Source: an uncultured Pelagibacteraceae bacterium
GTDB taxonomy: Bacteria; Pseudomonadota; Alphaproteobacteria; Pelagibacterales; AG-422-B15
Assembly: GCA_902619105.1 (NCBI GenBank)
Contig: CACNCV010000001.1
Location: forward strand, 402,706-466,705
Direction of reading: 5' to 3'
Length of the DNA stretch: 64,000 bases
The notes beneath the pieces are model-generated. The model was not told the origin of the DNA. It saw only the letters and a list, made by a program, of their open reading frames with translations, and did no database searches. Below, in pieces: positions 39,653 to 48,985 of the stretch; positions within the stretch are counted from its first letter, which is position 1; every line of letters starts with the position of its first letter. The position numbers and the translations under genes are program-made.

Positions 39653-40365
39653 AAATTGAATATCTAAAATCCCCAAATTTTGAACAAGTAAAAAGAAGAA
39701 ATATTAAATATATAATCATACATTATACAGGAATGAAAACAGCGCAGGAGTCAATTAAAAGACTTAGATCAAAAAAACATAAAGTGAGCTCACATTATTT
39801 TATTAATGAAGGAGGAAAAATTACCCAACTCGTAAATGATAAAGATATTGCTTGGCACGCAGGCATATCTAATTGGAAAAAAGATAGAAATTTAAACTCT
39901 AAGTCTATAGGCATAGAGTTACAAAACAAAGGCCAAGAATTTGGATATCACAAATTCAAGTTATCTCAGATAAAATCACTTATATCATTAATCGCAAGTC
40001 TGCAGAAAAAGTACAAAATAAAAAAAAGCAATGTGTTGGGCCACTCAGATGTTGCTCCGCTGCGAAAGATAGATCCGGGATATTTATTCCCTTGGCATAA
40101 GTTGGCTGCAAAAGGCTTAGTAATTTTACCAAAGAAAAATAATTCAAAAACACCGCTCAAAGCTTCAGAGATTAAGTCTTTACAAAAGTTACTAAGAGAT
40201 TTCGGCTATAAAATTAATTTATCGAGTTTAATGGATAAAGAAACACTTCAAGTTATTTACGCTTTTGAAAGTCACTATTGCCCCGAAGAGTTAGAGGATT
40301 TTACAGTTAAGCGCAAATTATTGGGATATCTGAGAGAACTTATATCTTTTCAAAGAGAGGCTTGA
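39649..40365 (+). CDS. N-acetylmuramoyl-L-alanine amidase (Amidase_2, AmpD/AmiD-like) with C-terminal peptidoglycan-binding domain
   Basis: 238-aa ORF with IIHYTGM, SSHYFI, AWHAG, SIGIEL and GHSDVAP..KIDPG motifs. Its C-terminal tail resembles a PG_binding_1 domain. Confidence 0.8.
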   Translation: MKIEYLKSPNFEQVKRRNIKYIIIHYTGMKTAQESIKRLRSKKHKVSSHYFINEGGKITQLVNDKDIAWHAGISNWKKDRNLNSKSIGIELQNKGQEFGYHKFKLSQIKSLISLIASLQKKYKIKKSNVLGHSDVAPLRKIDPGYLFPWHKLAAKGLVILPKKNNSKTPLKASEIKSLQKLLRDFGYKINLSSLMDKETLQVIYAFESHYCPEELEDFTVKRKLLGYLRELISFQREA

Positions 40366-40396
40366 CCAATATCTTTTAAGAGGATAAACCCTTTTA

Positions 40397-40753
40397 GCCA
40401 GATAATTAGATAACTGCTTGGCTTGATCAAGAGGAAAGTCCGGGCTCCACAAGGCAACAGTGCCGGGTAATACCCGGCGGAGGCAACTCTAGGGAAAGTG
40501 CCGCAGAAAATAAACCGCCCTAATTGAAATTTTAAGGGTAAGGGTGAAAAGGTGAGGTAAGAGCTCACCGCTTTTTTGGTAACAAAAAAGGCATGGTAAA
40601 CCCCACTGGGAGCAAGATCAAATAGGGTTACATTGGCTTGTCTTGGCTGTAACCGGGTTGATCGCACGACTCAATTGGTAACAATTGAGCTAGATGAATA
40701 GTTATCGGTTTTTTGTAAAAAAATCACAGAACCCGGCTTATAAATTATCTGGC
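40397..40753 (+). ncRNA. rnpB: RNase P RNA, bacterial type A
   Basis: Universally conserved GAGGAAAGTCCGGGCTCCA and ACAGAACCCGGCTTA (P4 strands). The P1 helix is formed by GCCAGATAATT (40397-40407) and AATTATCTGGC (40743-40753), and P2 by GATAACT/AGTTATC. Confidence 0.95.
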
Positions 40754-40856
40754 AAAATTTTTCATTTATTTTCAATAGTTTATAAATACAGGTTAATGTA
40801 TAATATTAGTTAAATTATTGATTATAAAAGAAATATCATAAATAGGTATAGACATT

Positions 40857-40901
40857 ACCCATATAATCCCATACTATCCCAAGTAATCCCAATTTAACCC
40901 A
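40857..40901 (+). promoter_or_regulatory. Putative MraZ operator: five [A/T]CCCA direct repeats at exact 10-bp spacing
   Basis: The sequence reads ACCCAtataaTCCCAtactaTCCCAagtaaTCCCAatttaACCCA, with boxes starting at 40857, 40867, 40877, 40887 and 40897. NCCCA is the reverse complement of the TGGGN MraZ box described for E. coli. The array lies 49 nt upstream of the mraZ ATG. Confidence 0.55.
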
Positions 40902-40949
40902 AATGAGGTAATTTTGTTGATTATTTTAATAACTAACTTTTTTTTAAAA

Positions 40950-41402
40950 ATGGCATTGTTTCTATCTACATACATCAATCGCATTGACAAAAAAGGTCGT
41001 GTTTCTGTTCCATCTTCTTTTAGAAGTGTCTTAGAACAAAACGGATTGAAGGGAATGATTTGTTACCCTTCACCGACTCTTAAGTCAATTGAAGGATGTA
41101 CTGCTAATAGAATGCAAAAAATTAGTGATGCAATAGAAGCATCCGGCCCCTTCAGTGAGGAAAGAAATACTTTTTCAACTTCTATTTTTGCAGACAGCCA
41201 TCAAATTCATTTTGATCAAGAAGGCAGAGTCATCATACCCGATGGACTAATCTCTATTGCAGGTATTATTGACCAAGTTTCTTTCGTAGGCATGGGTGAA
41301 ACATTCCAAATGTGGAATCCTGATACGTATGATTCTTTCAAAAGAGAAAAAAGTGATAATGCAAAAAATAATTTAGCAAATCTCAAATGGAAAAATGAAT
41401 AA
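40950..41402 (+). CDS. mraZ: Transcriptional regulator MraZ
   Basis: Two DxxxR-type SpoVT/AbrB-like repeats (RIDKKGRVSVPSSFR and HFDQEGRVIIPDGL). The start is set at ATG 40950 (MALFLSTY...) rather than the TTG at 40914. Confidence 0.9.
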   Translation: MALFLSTYINRIDKKGRVSVPSSFRSVLEQNGLKGMICYPSPTLKSIEGCTANRMQKISDAIEASGPFSEERNTFSTSIFADSHQIHFDQEGRVIIPDGLISIAGIIDQVSFVGMGETFQMWNPDTYDSFKREKSDNAKNNLANLKWKNE

Positions 41403-41413
41403 CTAATGAAAAT

Positions 41414-41420
41414 AGGAGGA
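41414..41420 (+). promoter_or_regulatory. Strong Shine-Dalgarno (AGGAGGA) for ftsZ
   Basis: A perfect anti-SD complement lies 7 nt upstream of the ftsZ ATG at 41428. Confidence 0.6.
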
Positions 41421-41427
41421 TAATTTC

Positions 41428-43146
41428 ATGGTTTTAAATTTAAGTGTTCCAGAACTAAAAGAGCTTAAGCCAAAGATAACAGTATTTGGAGTCGGTGGTG
41501 CAGGCGGTAATGCAATTAACAATATGATTCAATCCGGATTATCGGGAGTTGAATTTGTTGCAGCCAATACAGATGCACAAGCTCTGTCTAAATCATTAAG
41601 TGATTCAAAAATGCAATTGGGTGTTCAGGTTACTAAGGGATTGGGAGCTGGTTCTCATCCTGATATCGGTAAATCCTCAGCCGATGAAACTAAACACGAA
41701 ATAATGGAAAGACTTGAAGGCACAAACATGCTTTTCATTACCGCTGGTATGGGTGGCGGTACTGGTACAGGCGCTGCTCCAGTAATAGCGCGTGTTGCTA
41801 GAGAATTGGGTATACTTACTGTAGCAGTTGTTACTAAACCATTTCAATTCGAAGGTGCTGGAAGAATGAGAATTGCTGAGCAAGGGCTTAAAGAGTTAGA
41901 ACATTTAGTAGATACAACAATTGTTATTCCAAACCAAAATTTATTTAAAGTTGCTGATGAGAAAACAACATTTGCCGATGCATTTTCAATGGCGGATGAT
42001 GTTTTGCATGCAGGAGTAAGAAGTATTACCGATTTGATGGTAGTACCGGGATTAATCAACTTAGACTTTGCTGATGTAAAGACAATCATGAATAATATGG
42101 GGCGCGCAATGATGGGCACAGGTGAAGCGTCTGGCGACAATAGAGCAATAGAATGTGCTCACAATGCAGTTACAAATCCACTGCTTGATGACTACTCTTT
42201 GGACGGAGCTAAAGGATTATTGATTAACATAACTGGTGGAACTGACTTAACATTGCATGAGGTTGATAAAATTACAAATGAGATAAGAGAACAAGTTCAC
42301 CCTGATGCAGATGTAATTGTTGGATCAATCTTTGACGAAAATCTTGAGGGTAAAGCTAGAGTTTCAGTTGTTGCAACTGGGTTAGAACCTCATGACAAGC
42401 CATCAAAGAAAATAATTGATTTACAAGTAAATAATAGTTCAACAGTTTCATCAATTCCAGCAGCTCAAGTGAATGGAACAGGATCAATTCATGCTTCAGC
42501 TAATCAAGAAGATGAAATCCACAAAAATTCTGATCCATATATGTACATGGATAGCTCAGATGTAAAAGATTCAGGGTCAATGAATGATGAAACAACAATT
42601 GTTGATGAGGAAACTTCTGAACCAGAAATGATTGCTGAGCCTGAAGTTGATCCAGAGCCAATCGAAGAGCCAGAAATGGAAGTTACTGAAGAAGAGGTAA
42701 TTGCTGAGCTAGAAACTGAAGAAGAGGTAATTGCTGAGCCAGAAATGGAATCAGAGCCAGTTTCTGAACCAGAAATGATTGCTGAGCCTGAGGTTGATTC
42801 AGAGCCAATCGAAGAGCCAGAAATGGAAGTTACTGAAGAAGAGGTAATTGCTGGGCCAGAAATGGAATCAGACCCAGTTTCTGAACCAGAAATGATTGCT
42901 GAACCTGAAGTTGACTCAGAGCCAATTGAAGAGGCGGCAATGGAGCAGGAAGAGTCTTCTCAAAGCATTATGGATTTAATACATGCAAATAGGGAAAATT
43001 CAGATAGTGACACACCTGATTTATTTAGTGACCAAAACGTGCATCAACTGGATGAAACACATAATTCTATTGAAGCTGATGAAGAATTAGAGACTGATCA
43101 AGATTTACTTGAAATTCCATCTTTCTTGAGAAGACAGAGTAAATGA
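41428..43146 (+). CDS. ftsZ: Cell division GTPase FtsZ with long acidic repeat-containing C-terminal linker
   Basis: 572-aa ORF with GVGGAGGNA, tubulin signature [10 protein letters not shown], the T7 loop region and the C-terminal conserved peptide [12 protein letters not shown]. Confidence 0.97.
   Translation: MVLNLSVPELKELKPKITVFGVGGAGGNAINNMIQSGLSGVEFVAANTDAQALSKSLSDSKMQLGVQVTKGLGAGSHPDIGKSSADETKHEIMERLEGTNMLFITAGMGGGTGTGAAPVIARVARELGILTVAVVTKPFQFEGAGRMRIAEQGLKELEHLVDTTIVIPNQNLFKVADEKTTFADAFSMADDVLHAGVRSITDLMVVPGLINLDFADVKTIMNNMGRAMMGTGEASGDNRAIECAHNAVTNPLLDDYSLDGAKGLLINITGGTDLTLHEVDKITNEIREQVHPDADVIVGSIFDENLEGKARVSVVATGLEPHDKPSKKIIDLQVNNSSTVSSIPAAQVNGTGSIHASANQEDEIHKNSDPYMYMDSSDVKDSGSMNDETTIVDEETSEPEMIAEPEVDPEPIEEPEMEVTEEEVIAELETEEEVIAEPEMESEPVSEPEMIAEPEVDSEPIEEPEMEVTEEEVIAGPEMESDPVSEPEMIAEPEVDSEPIEEAAMEQEESSQSIMDLIHANRENSDSDTPDLFSDQNVHQLDETHNSIEADEELETDQDLLEIPSFLRRQSK
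42616..42934 (+). repeat. In-frame tandem repeat inside ftsZ (units of 147, 117 and a partial 55 nt)
   Basis: Unit starts (TCTGAACCAGAAATGATTGC) are at 42616, 42763 and 42880. The copies differ by only a few substitutions. Unit 1 carries an extra 30-nt internal duplication ([20 protein letters not shown]). The repeat encodes [12 protein letters not shown](P/S)[17 protein letters not shown]... Confidence 0.9.
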
Positions 43147-44063
43147 CAAATAAAGAACTTGGCCACAGGCCAGTTCTTATTGAAGAGGTTATTGAACAAT
43201 TAGGGCCAAAAGATAATGAAACATACATCGATGCAACATTTGGATATGGAGGATATACAGAGAGAATCCTTCAAAGCTGTGAATGCAAAGTCATTGCAAT
43301 CGACAGAGATCCAACAGTCAAAAAACAAGCTGAAAGATTTAAAAAAAAGTACGGCAGTCGGTTTTCTTTTGTACATTCTAAATTTAGTCAGATTGATAAA
43401 ATTTCCAAAGAAACAAAAGAAAAAGAAATTAACGGTTTCGTATTTGATATAGGAGTTTCATCAATGCAACTAGATGATGCAAATAGAGGCTTTTCATTCA
43501 TGCAAGATGGCCCCCTAGATATGAGAATGAGTCAGGATGGCCAAACAGCTTCAGACTTAATAAATAAAAAGGACAAAGATGAGCTTGCTGATATCATCTA
43601 TCATTACGGAGATGAGAGAAATTCAAGAAAAATTGCAAGAAATATAGAGAAACACAGAACTCAAAAAAAAATTGAGAGTACGATTGAGCTTGCAGAAATA
43701 ATTAAAAAATCTTTTCCTTCAAAATATTACAAAAAACATCCTGCAACGAAAACATTCCAGGCTATTAGAATTTTTATTAATAATGAAATACAAGAGCTTC
43801 ATGCTGGTCTCAACCAAGCTTTTAATTTACTAAGAGCAAATGGGAAGATATGCGTGGTCACATTTCATTCAATTGAAGATAGGCTGGTAAAGAATTTTAC
43901 AAATAAAGTTTGTTTAAAAAATAAAAAGACCAAATTAATAAAGCCATCTTCCAAGGAAGTATTAAGTAACCCAAGATCTCGTTCCGCAAAGCTTAGAGTC
44001 ATCAAGCGTGAGCGATTAAACTTTAATTATATTCCAATATCTGAGTTAGGATTTGAATTATGA
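43143..44063 (+). CDS. rsmH: 16S rRNA (cytosine1402-N4)-methyltransferase
   Basis: 306-aa ORF with [14 protein letters not shown] and [10 protein letters not shown] motifs. It has an ATGA overlap with ftsZ. Confidence 0.95.
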   Translation: MTNKELGHRPVLIEEVIEQLGPKDNETYIDATFGYGGYTERILQSCECKVIAIDRDPTVKKQAERFKKKYGSRFSFVHSKFSQIDKISKETKEKEINGFVFDIGVSSMQLDDANRGFSFMQDGPLDMRMSQDGQTASDLINKKDKDELADIIYHYGDERNSRKIARNIEKHRTQKKIESTIELAEIIKKSFPSKYYKKHPATKTFQAIRIFINNEIQELHAGLNQAFNLLRANGKICVVTFHSIEDRLVKNFTNKVCLKNKKTKLIKPSSKEVLSNPRSRSAKLRVIKRERLNFNYIPISELGFEL

Positions 44064-44404
44064 TAAGTGCTTTCGTTAAAATATTATCGGTTGCGGTTTT
44101 ATTAACAGGATTACTTGCAATTATGGTTATAAAAAATATTTCAGCCGAAAAGCAAAAGTATATTAATGAACTTGAATTAACACTTCGAGAAGAACAAAAG
44201 ATAAATGAGCTCTATAAAATTGAATGGGACCATTTAGTTTCCCCAATGAATATTAAAAAGATTTCAGAAATGATTATTACTAATGATTACGAAAAGTATT
44301 TTGTTGTATTAGATAATGAAGATATTGAAGAAAATAATGAATTATTTAATGATGTCATTGAAATTTATAATACATCAACAATTAATCAAAATTTGGCAAG
44401 GTAA
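44060..44404 (+). CDS. ftsL: Cell division protein FtsL-like (single-pass membrane, coiled coil)
   Basis: 114-aa ORF with one N-terminal TM segment followed by a coiled-coil-like region. It sits at the canonical position between rsmH and ftsI. Assignment is by position. Confidence 0.55.
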   Translation: MISAFVKILSVAVLLTGLLAIMVIKNISAEKQKYINELELTLREEQKINELYKIEWDHLVSPMNIKKISEMIITNDYEKYFVVLDNEDIEENNELFNDVIEIYNTSTINQNLAR

Positions 44405-44409
44405 ATTCC

Positions 44410-46185
44410 GTGAAAAAAAAGCGGAACACTGGCCGAAAGAAAATTGATATATATCAAAAAAGTTTTTCATTTACACACAGATACAATAAAGAGAAGTTTG
44501 CTTTTGAAAGATTAAAGTCTTTAAAGAGTAATTTTGCCCTTAAAATAAATAATCGTTTAATATTGTCAGCGATTGTTTTTAGTAGTTTGTTTTTGGCAGT
44601 AACAATCAAGATGATAGAAATTAATTTACTTTACACTGAAAAGGGAAATTATTTTGTTGAGAATGTTAAGACAAAAAGGGGAAATATTTTAGATAGAAAT
44701 AATACCTCTCTTACAGCAAATTTATTAACATCGCATATATCTGTAAATCCAAAAGCTGTATACGATAAGAAAAAATTTATAAGTAAAGTCTCAGCAATAA
44801 ATAATAGTTTTTCAACAACTGATCTTGATAAATTGGTATCAGAAAAAAAATTCTTCTGGCTTGATCGAAATGTTGAACCATCTGAATTACAAAAGTATAT
44901 AGATTTAGGTGAAACTGGAATTGAATTCAGAGATGCTTATAAAAGAAAATATCTTCACAGTGAACTTTTTAGTCATTTAGTTGGAAAAGTTGACATTGAT
45001 AATACAGGTGTATCTGGACTAGAAAAATCTTTTAATAAGTTTCTTCAAAATGAAGAAAATAATGATTTGATATTATCTTTAGATACAAGAATACAACACA
45101 TTGTTCGTGATGAAATATTAGCTGCTATGAAACTATATAAAGCAACTGGTGGCTCAGGGCTCATAATGAATGTCAATAATGGAGAAATTCTTGCCATGAC
45201 ATCACTTCCAGATTTTGATCCCAATACTAAAAATGCGAATGACAATGATAAGTTCAACAAAAACACATTAGGCGTATATGAGTTTGGTTCAGTGATGAAA
45301 ATATTTACTGCAGCAATGGGAATTGAAGAAAAAATCTTTCAGCCAAATACAAAGTACGAGATTGAAAATCACATTTATATTGGAAAACACCGTGTAGAGG
45401 ATGTTCACAGGCCTTGTGAGATAAAAATGTGTTCTGTTGAAGAAATATTTGTTGAGTCATCAAATATTGGAACGATTAAAATGATCAGAGATATTGGTAA
45501 AGAACTACAGCAAGAATATTTGTCTCAACTTGGATTACTACGTCAAGTAAATATTGGAATACCAGAAAAAGCAATTCCAATTGTTCCTGACCCATGGAGA
45601 ACAGTTAATACAGAGTCAATTTCTTACGGTTATGGCCTTTCAGTATCACCATTGCATTTGGCTGTTGCTACATCAGCTGTAGTAAATGGAGGATATTTAA
45701 TTCAGCCATCTCTTACAAAATTAGGAGATGATAAACGATATGAAAATCAAATTTTTTCAGAAGAGACCAGTGAAATTATGCGTTACCTTTTAAGCCAAGT
45801 TGTTGCAAAAGGGACTGCCAAAGAAGCCTTTAACAAGGATGCTGATAAAGCATACACAGAAGATGGTGAGTTTAAATATTTGGTTGGAGGTAAGACAGGT
45901 ACATCTCACAAGATAGACAAAAAGTCCTACACAAGAGAAAAGTTAACTACTTTTATATCGGTACTACCCATACACAAGCCAAAATATGTAGTTCTTATCT
46001 CATTAGACGACCCGAAAGGAATTAATAGAGAATATGGAGAGCCATACAATACATGGAACTGGAGTGATGCTGGGTGGAATGCGGCAAGAGTTTCAAGACA
46101 AATTATTGATAGAGTTAGTCCTATTTTGGACATAAAGGCAAGATACATACCAAATGAAAACATGCTCATTAATACCTCTCTTTAA
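44410..46185 (+). CDS. ftsI: Peptidoglycan D,D-transpeptidase FtsI (PBP3)
   Basis: 591-aa ORF with a GTG start, a TM anchor, and the SxxK (SVMK), SxN (SSN) and KTG (KTGTS) motifs. Confidence 0.92.
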   Translation: MKKKRNTGRKKIDIYQKSFSFTHRYNKEKFAFERLKSLKSNFALKINNRLILSAIVFSSLFLAVTIKMIEINLLYTEKGNYFVENVKTKRGNILDRNNTSLTANLLTSHISVNPKAVYDKKKFISKVSAINNSFSTTDLDKLVSEKKFFWLDRNVEPSELQKYIDLGETGIEFRDAYKRKYLHSELFSHLVGKVDIDNTGVSGLEKSFNKFLQNEENNDLILSLDTRIQHIVRDEILAAMKLYKATGGSGLIMNVNNGEILAMTSLPDFDPNTKNANDNDKFNKNTLGVYEFGSVMKIFTAAMGIEEKIFQPNTKYEIENHIYIGKHRVEDVHRPCEIKMCSVEEIFVESSNIGTIKMIRDIGKELQQEYLSQLGLLRQVNIGIPEKAIPIVPDPWRTVNTESISYGYGLSVSPLHLAVATSAVVNGGYLIQPSLTKLGDDKRYENQIFSEETSEIMRYLLSQVVAKGTAKEAFNKDADKAYTEDGEFKYLVGGKTGTSHKIDKKSYTREKLTTFISVLPIHKPKYVVLISLDDPKGINREYGEPYNTWNWSDAGWNAARVSRQIIDRVSPILDIKARYIPNENMLINTSL

Positions 46186-46188
46186 TAA

Positions 46189-47622
46189 ATGCCAAATCAC
46201 TCCCTTCTAGAAGAAATTAAATTAAAGAAGATAAAATTTAATGGAGTCTCATCAGACTCGAGATCGATAAAAAAAGGAAATATTTTTTTTGCAATCCCTG
46301 GAAATGAAATAGATGGATCTAGGTTCATAAATCAAGCAATTAAAAAGGGTGCTGCAGCTATTGTTGTTCCATCATATAGTAAAAAAAGATATCCCAAAAA
46401 TACGACAGTGATAAAGGTTAAAGATATAAGAAAATCACTATCGCTATTAGCATTTGAAATAAACAAAAATAACATTGAAACAAAAATTGCAATAACAGGA
46501 ACTAATGGAAAAACATCCGTTGCATATTTTTTAAGTTATTTACTGAGAATTTCAGGAAAGAGTGTAGCTACTATAGGTACTCTAGGAAACTCTATGTTGA
46601 AGAGAAGTAATTATAACCTTACATCACCCGAACCGATTGATCTTTCAAAGCAATTAAAAAAGATAGGTCAAAAAAAAATAAAATATTTAGTTATGGAAGC
46701 ATCAAGTCATGGCTTACATCAAAAAAGATTTTATGGAATGAATTTTGATGTTTGTGCATTAACAAATATATCACATGATCACCTTGATTATCATAAAACT
46801 ATAAATAATTACATAAAAAGTAAAATGATACTTTTCAAAGATTATATACATAAAGATAGTAAATTAATTATTAATTCAAAAACAAAATACATTAAAAAAA
46901 TAAGATCAATTTTAAAAAAAAATAAATCCGTTCAGCCATTATATTTTCAAGCAAATAGAAATTATAAAATTATAAAAATTCTTAAAAAAAATGATATTCA
47001 ACATGTAAAAGCAACAGTGGGCAGTAAGCAGATTCTTTTAAAGTTTAAAAATTTTCCAAATTTTCAAATAGAAAATTTTATATTTGCAATTTCAATTTTG
47101 AATTTAATAGGATTTGATCCTAGAAAATTATCAAAAAGTAGTCTTAATTGCCCTTCAGTATTAGGAAGAATGGAATATGTTGGAAAAACAAAAACAGGTG
47201 GGAAAATTTATGTTGATTTTGCACACACACCTGATGCTCTTAAAAATTCAATTGTAGAATCAAAAAAGTTAGAGACATCAAATGTACATGTTTTATTTGG
47301 TTGCGGTGGAAATAGAGATAGAAAAAAAAGACCGCTTATGGGTAAAATAGCTTCAAAATACGCTGATAAAGCAACAGTCACAGATGATAATCCAAGATAT
47401 GAAAATCCAGCAAGGATTAGAAAAGAAGTGATTGGAAATTTAAAAAACATATCTGAAATTGGCAATAGAAAACTAGCCATAAAAAAAGCTATTAGCGAAT
47501 TAAAGAGAGGCGATTTGCTTCTTATTGCCGGAAAAGGACATGAAAAATTTCAATCCATCATGGGAAAAAATTTACCTTTTGATGATGTTAAAATTGCCAA
47601 AAAATATTTACAAAAAAAATGA
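46189..47622 (+). CDS. murE: UDP-N-acetylmuramoyl-L-alanyl-D-glutamate--2,6-diaminopimelate ligase
   Basis: 477-aa Mur ligase with P-loop GTNGKTS and a DNPR motif (TDDNPRYENP). Confidence 0.92.
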   Translation: MPNHSLLEEIKLKKIKFNGVSSDSRSIKKGNIFFAIPGNEIDGSRFINQAIKKGAAAIVVPSYSKKRYPKNTTVIKVKDIRKSLSLLAFEINKNNIETKIAITGTNGKTSVAYFLSYLLRISGKSVATIGTLGNSMLKRSNYNLTSPEPIDLSKQLKKIGQKKIKYLVMEASSHGLHQKRFYGMNFDVCALTNISHDHLDYHKTINNYIKSKMILFKDYIHKDSKLIINSKTKYIKKIRSILKKNKSVQPLYFQANRNYKIIKILKKNDIQHVKATVGSKQILLKFKNFPNFQIENFIFAISILNLIGFDPRKLSKSSLNCPSVLGRMEYVGKTKTGGKIYVDFAHTPDALKNSIVESKKLETSNVHVLFGCGGNRDRKKRPLMGKIASKYADKATVTDDNPRYENPARIRKEVIGNLKNISEIGNRKLAIKKAISELKRGDLLLIAGKGHEKFQSIMGKNLPFDDVKIAKKYLQKK

Positions 47623-48983
47623 AAAAATTCATTACAACTACAGAAATAAATGAATTATTTGGGACCAATATTGCTGGTAAAAGAATAACTGGTGCATCGA
47701 TCGACACACGGTCATTAAGGAAAGGTAATATTTTTTTTGCAATTAAAGGTTTAAATACAGATGGTCATAAATATTTAGAAGAAGCGGAAAAAAAAGGTGC
47801 ATATATTGCTTTTGTTCATAAAAAAGCAAAAGGCATAAAAATACCTCAAATCAAAGTCAAAGATACATCTAAAGCACTTCTTGAGCTTGCAACAAAGTAC
47901 AGAGCGCAGCTGAAAACACAAATTGTAGGTATTACAGGTAGTATTGGAAAAACTGGCACAAAGGATGCAATTAATTTTTTGCTAAGAAATGAGGAAAATG
48001 TTTTTTGTTCGCGTAAATCATTTAATAATCAATACGGCCTACCTCTTGAATTACTAAATATGCCACGGCACACGAAGTATGGATTTTTTGAAATAGGCAT
48101 GAATCATTCAGGAGAAATAAAAAGATTAGTAAAGGTATTGCAGCCACAAACAGCTATTATTTTAAATATTGAAAATGTTCATCTTGGTAATTTTAAATCT
48201 TTAAAAGAAATTGCATTAGCAAAATCAGAGATATTTACTTCAACAAAAAGTATTGAAAACTTAATTATAAATAGAAATTCTAATTTTTATAAATTGCTAT
48301 ATGCGTTATTCAAAAAATCAAAGATCAGCACTTGCTTAGATATTGGAAAAGTTAAATCATCAAAAGTATATCTAAAAAAAGAGACAAATATTGCGAATAA
48401 TATTAAATATCAAGTATTATTGCCTGATGCCAGTAAACTTGATTTTATACTAAGAAAAAATCAAAAAAATCTTATTTTTAATGCATTAGCCATTCTTACT
48501 TGCTTTTATATGCTAGGTTTAAATTTAAAACTAATCAATCAATTCAAAAATGTTCCTTTTACAGAAGGAAGAGGCGAAATACTAAAATCAAAATATAAGG
48601 GAAATAAATTAGAAATACATGATCATTCCTATAATGCTAGCCCTGTTTCTATGAGAGACACAATCGATATTTTTAATAAGTTTAAAAATAGACACTTAGT
48701 TTATGTCATAGGTGATATGAATGAGCTTGGAAATAAATCTGAAAAATTTCATATGGATTTAATTAGATATCTAATACTAATTAAGGCCAAAAAAGTAATT
48801 TTTGTTGGATTAAAATTTTACTCACTTAGAAAAAGATACAAAAGACTTCAGTTTGAATATTATGTGAATATAGATAGTGTTATAAGTAATGCAGAGAAAA
48901 TATTTAATAGGAATAGTAAGGTATTTCTAAAAGGTTCAAATTCAATCAATTTACGAAAGTTATCAAATCATTTAATAAGTTAA
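47619..48983 (+). CDS. murF: UDP-N-acetylmuramoyl-tripeptide--D-alanyl-D-alanine ligase
   Basis: 454-aa Mur ligase with P-loop GSIGKTGTK, at the canonical position after murE. Confidence 0.9.
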   Translation: MKKFITTTEINELFGTNIAGKRITGASIDTRSLRKGNIFFAIKGLNTDGHKYLEEAEKKGAYIAFVHKKAKGIKIPQIKVKDTSKALLELATKYRAQLKTQIVGITGSIGKTGTKDAINFLLRNEENVFCSRKSFNNQYGLPLELLNMPRHTKYGFFEIGMNHSGEIKRLVKVLQPQTAIILNIENVHLGNFKSLKEIALAKSEIFTSTKSIENLIINRNSNFYKLLYALFKKSKISTCLDIGKVKSSKVYLKKETNIANNIKYQVLLPDASKLDFILRKNQKNLIFNALAILTCFYMLGLNLKLINQFKNVPFTEGRGEILKSKYKGNKLEIHDHSYNASPVSMRDTIDIFNKFKNRHLVYVIGDMNELGNKSEKFHMDLIRYLILIKAKKVIFVGLKFYSLRKRYKRLQFEYYVNIDSVISNAEKIFNRNSKVFLKGSNSINLRKLSNHLIS

Positions 48984-48985
48984 CT

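Noticed and set aside
40350-40667. 105-aa ORF on the minus strand
   Set aside because: It lies entirely antisense within or overlapping the RNase P RNA gene (40397-40753). Its G+C-rich open frame is a by-product of the structured RNA, not a gene.
40914-40949. TTG-initiated 12-codon extension of mraZ
   Set aside because: MraZ proteins start close to the first DxxGR repeat. ATG 40950 (MALFLSTYINRIDKKGR) fits, whereas the extension is hydrophobic junk just downstream of the operator boxes.
42616-42934. CRISPR-like or intergenic repeat array
   Set aside because: The repeats are directly adjacent with no spacers, in frame, and lie inside ftsZ. They are a coding tandem duplication.
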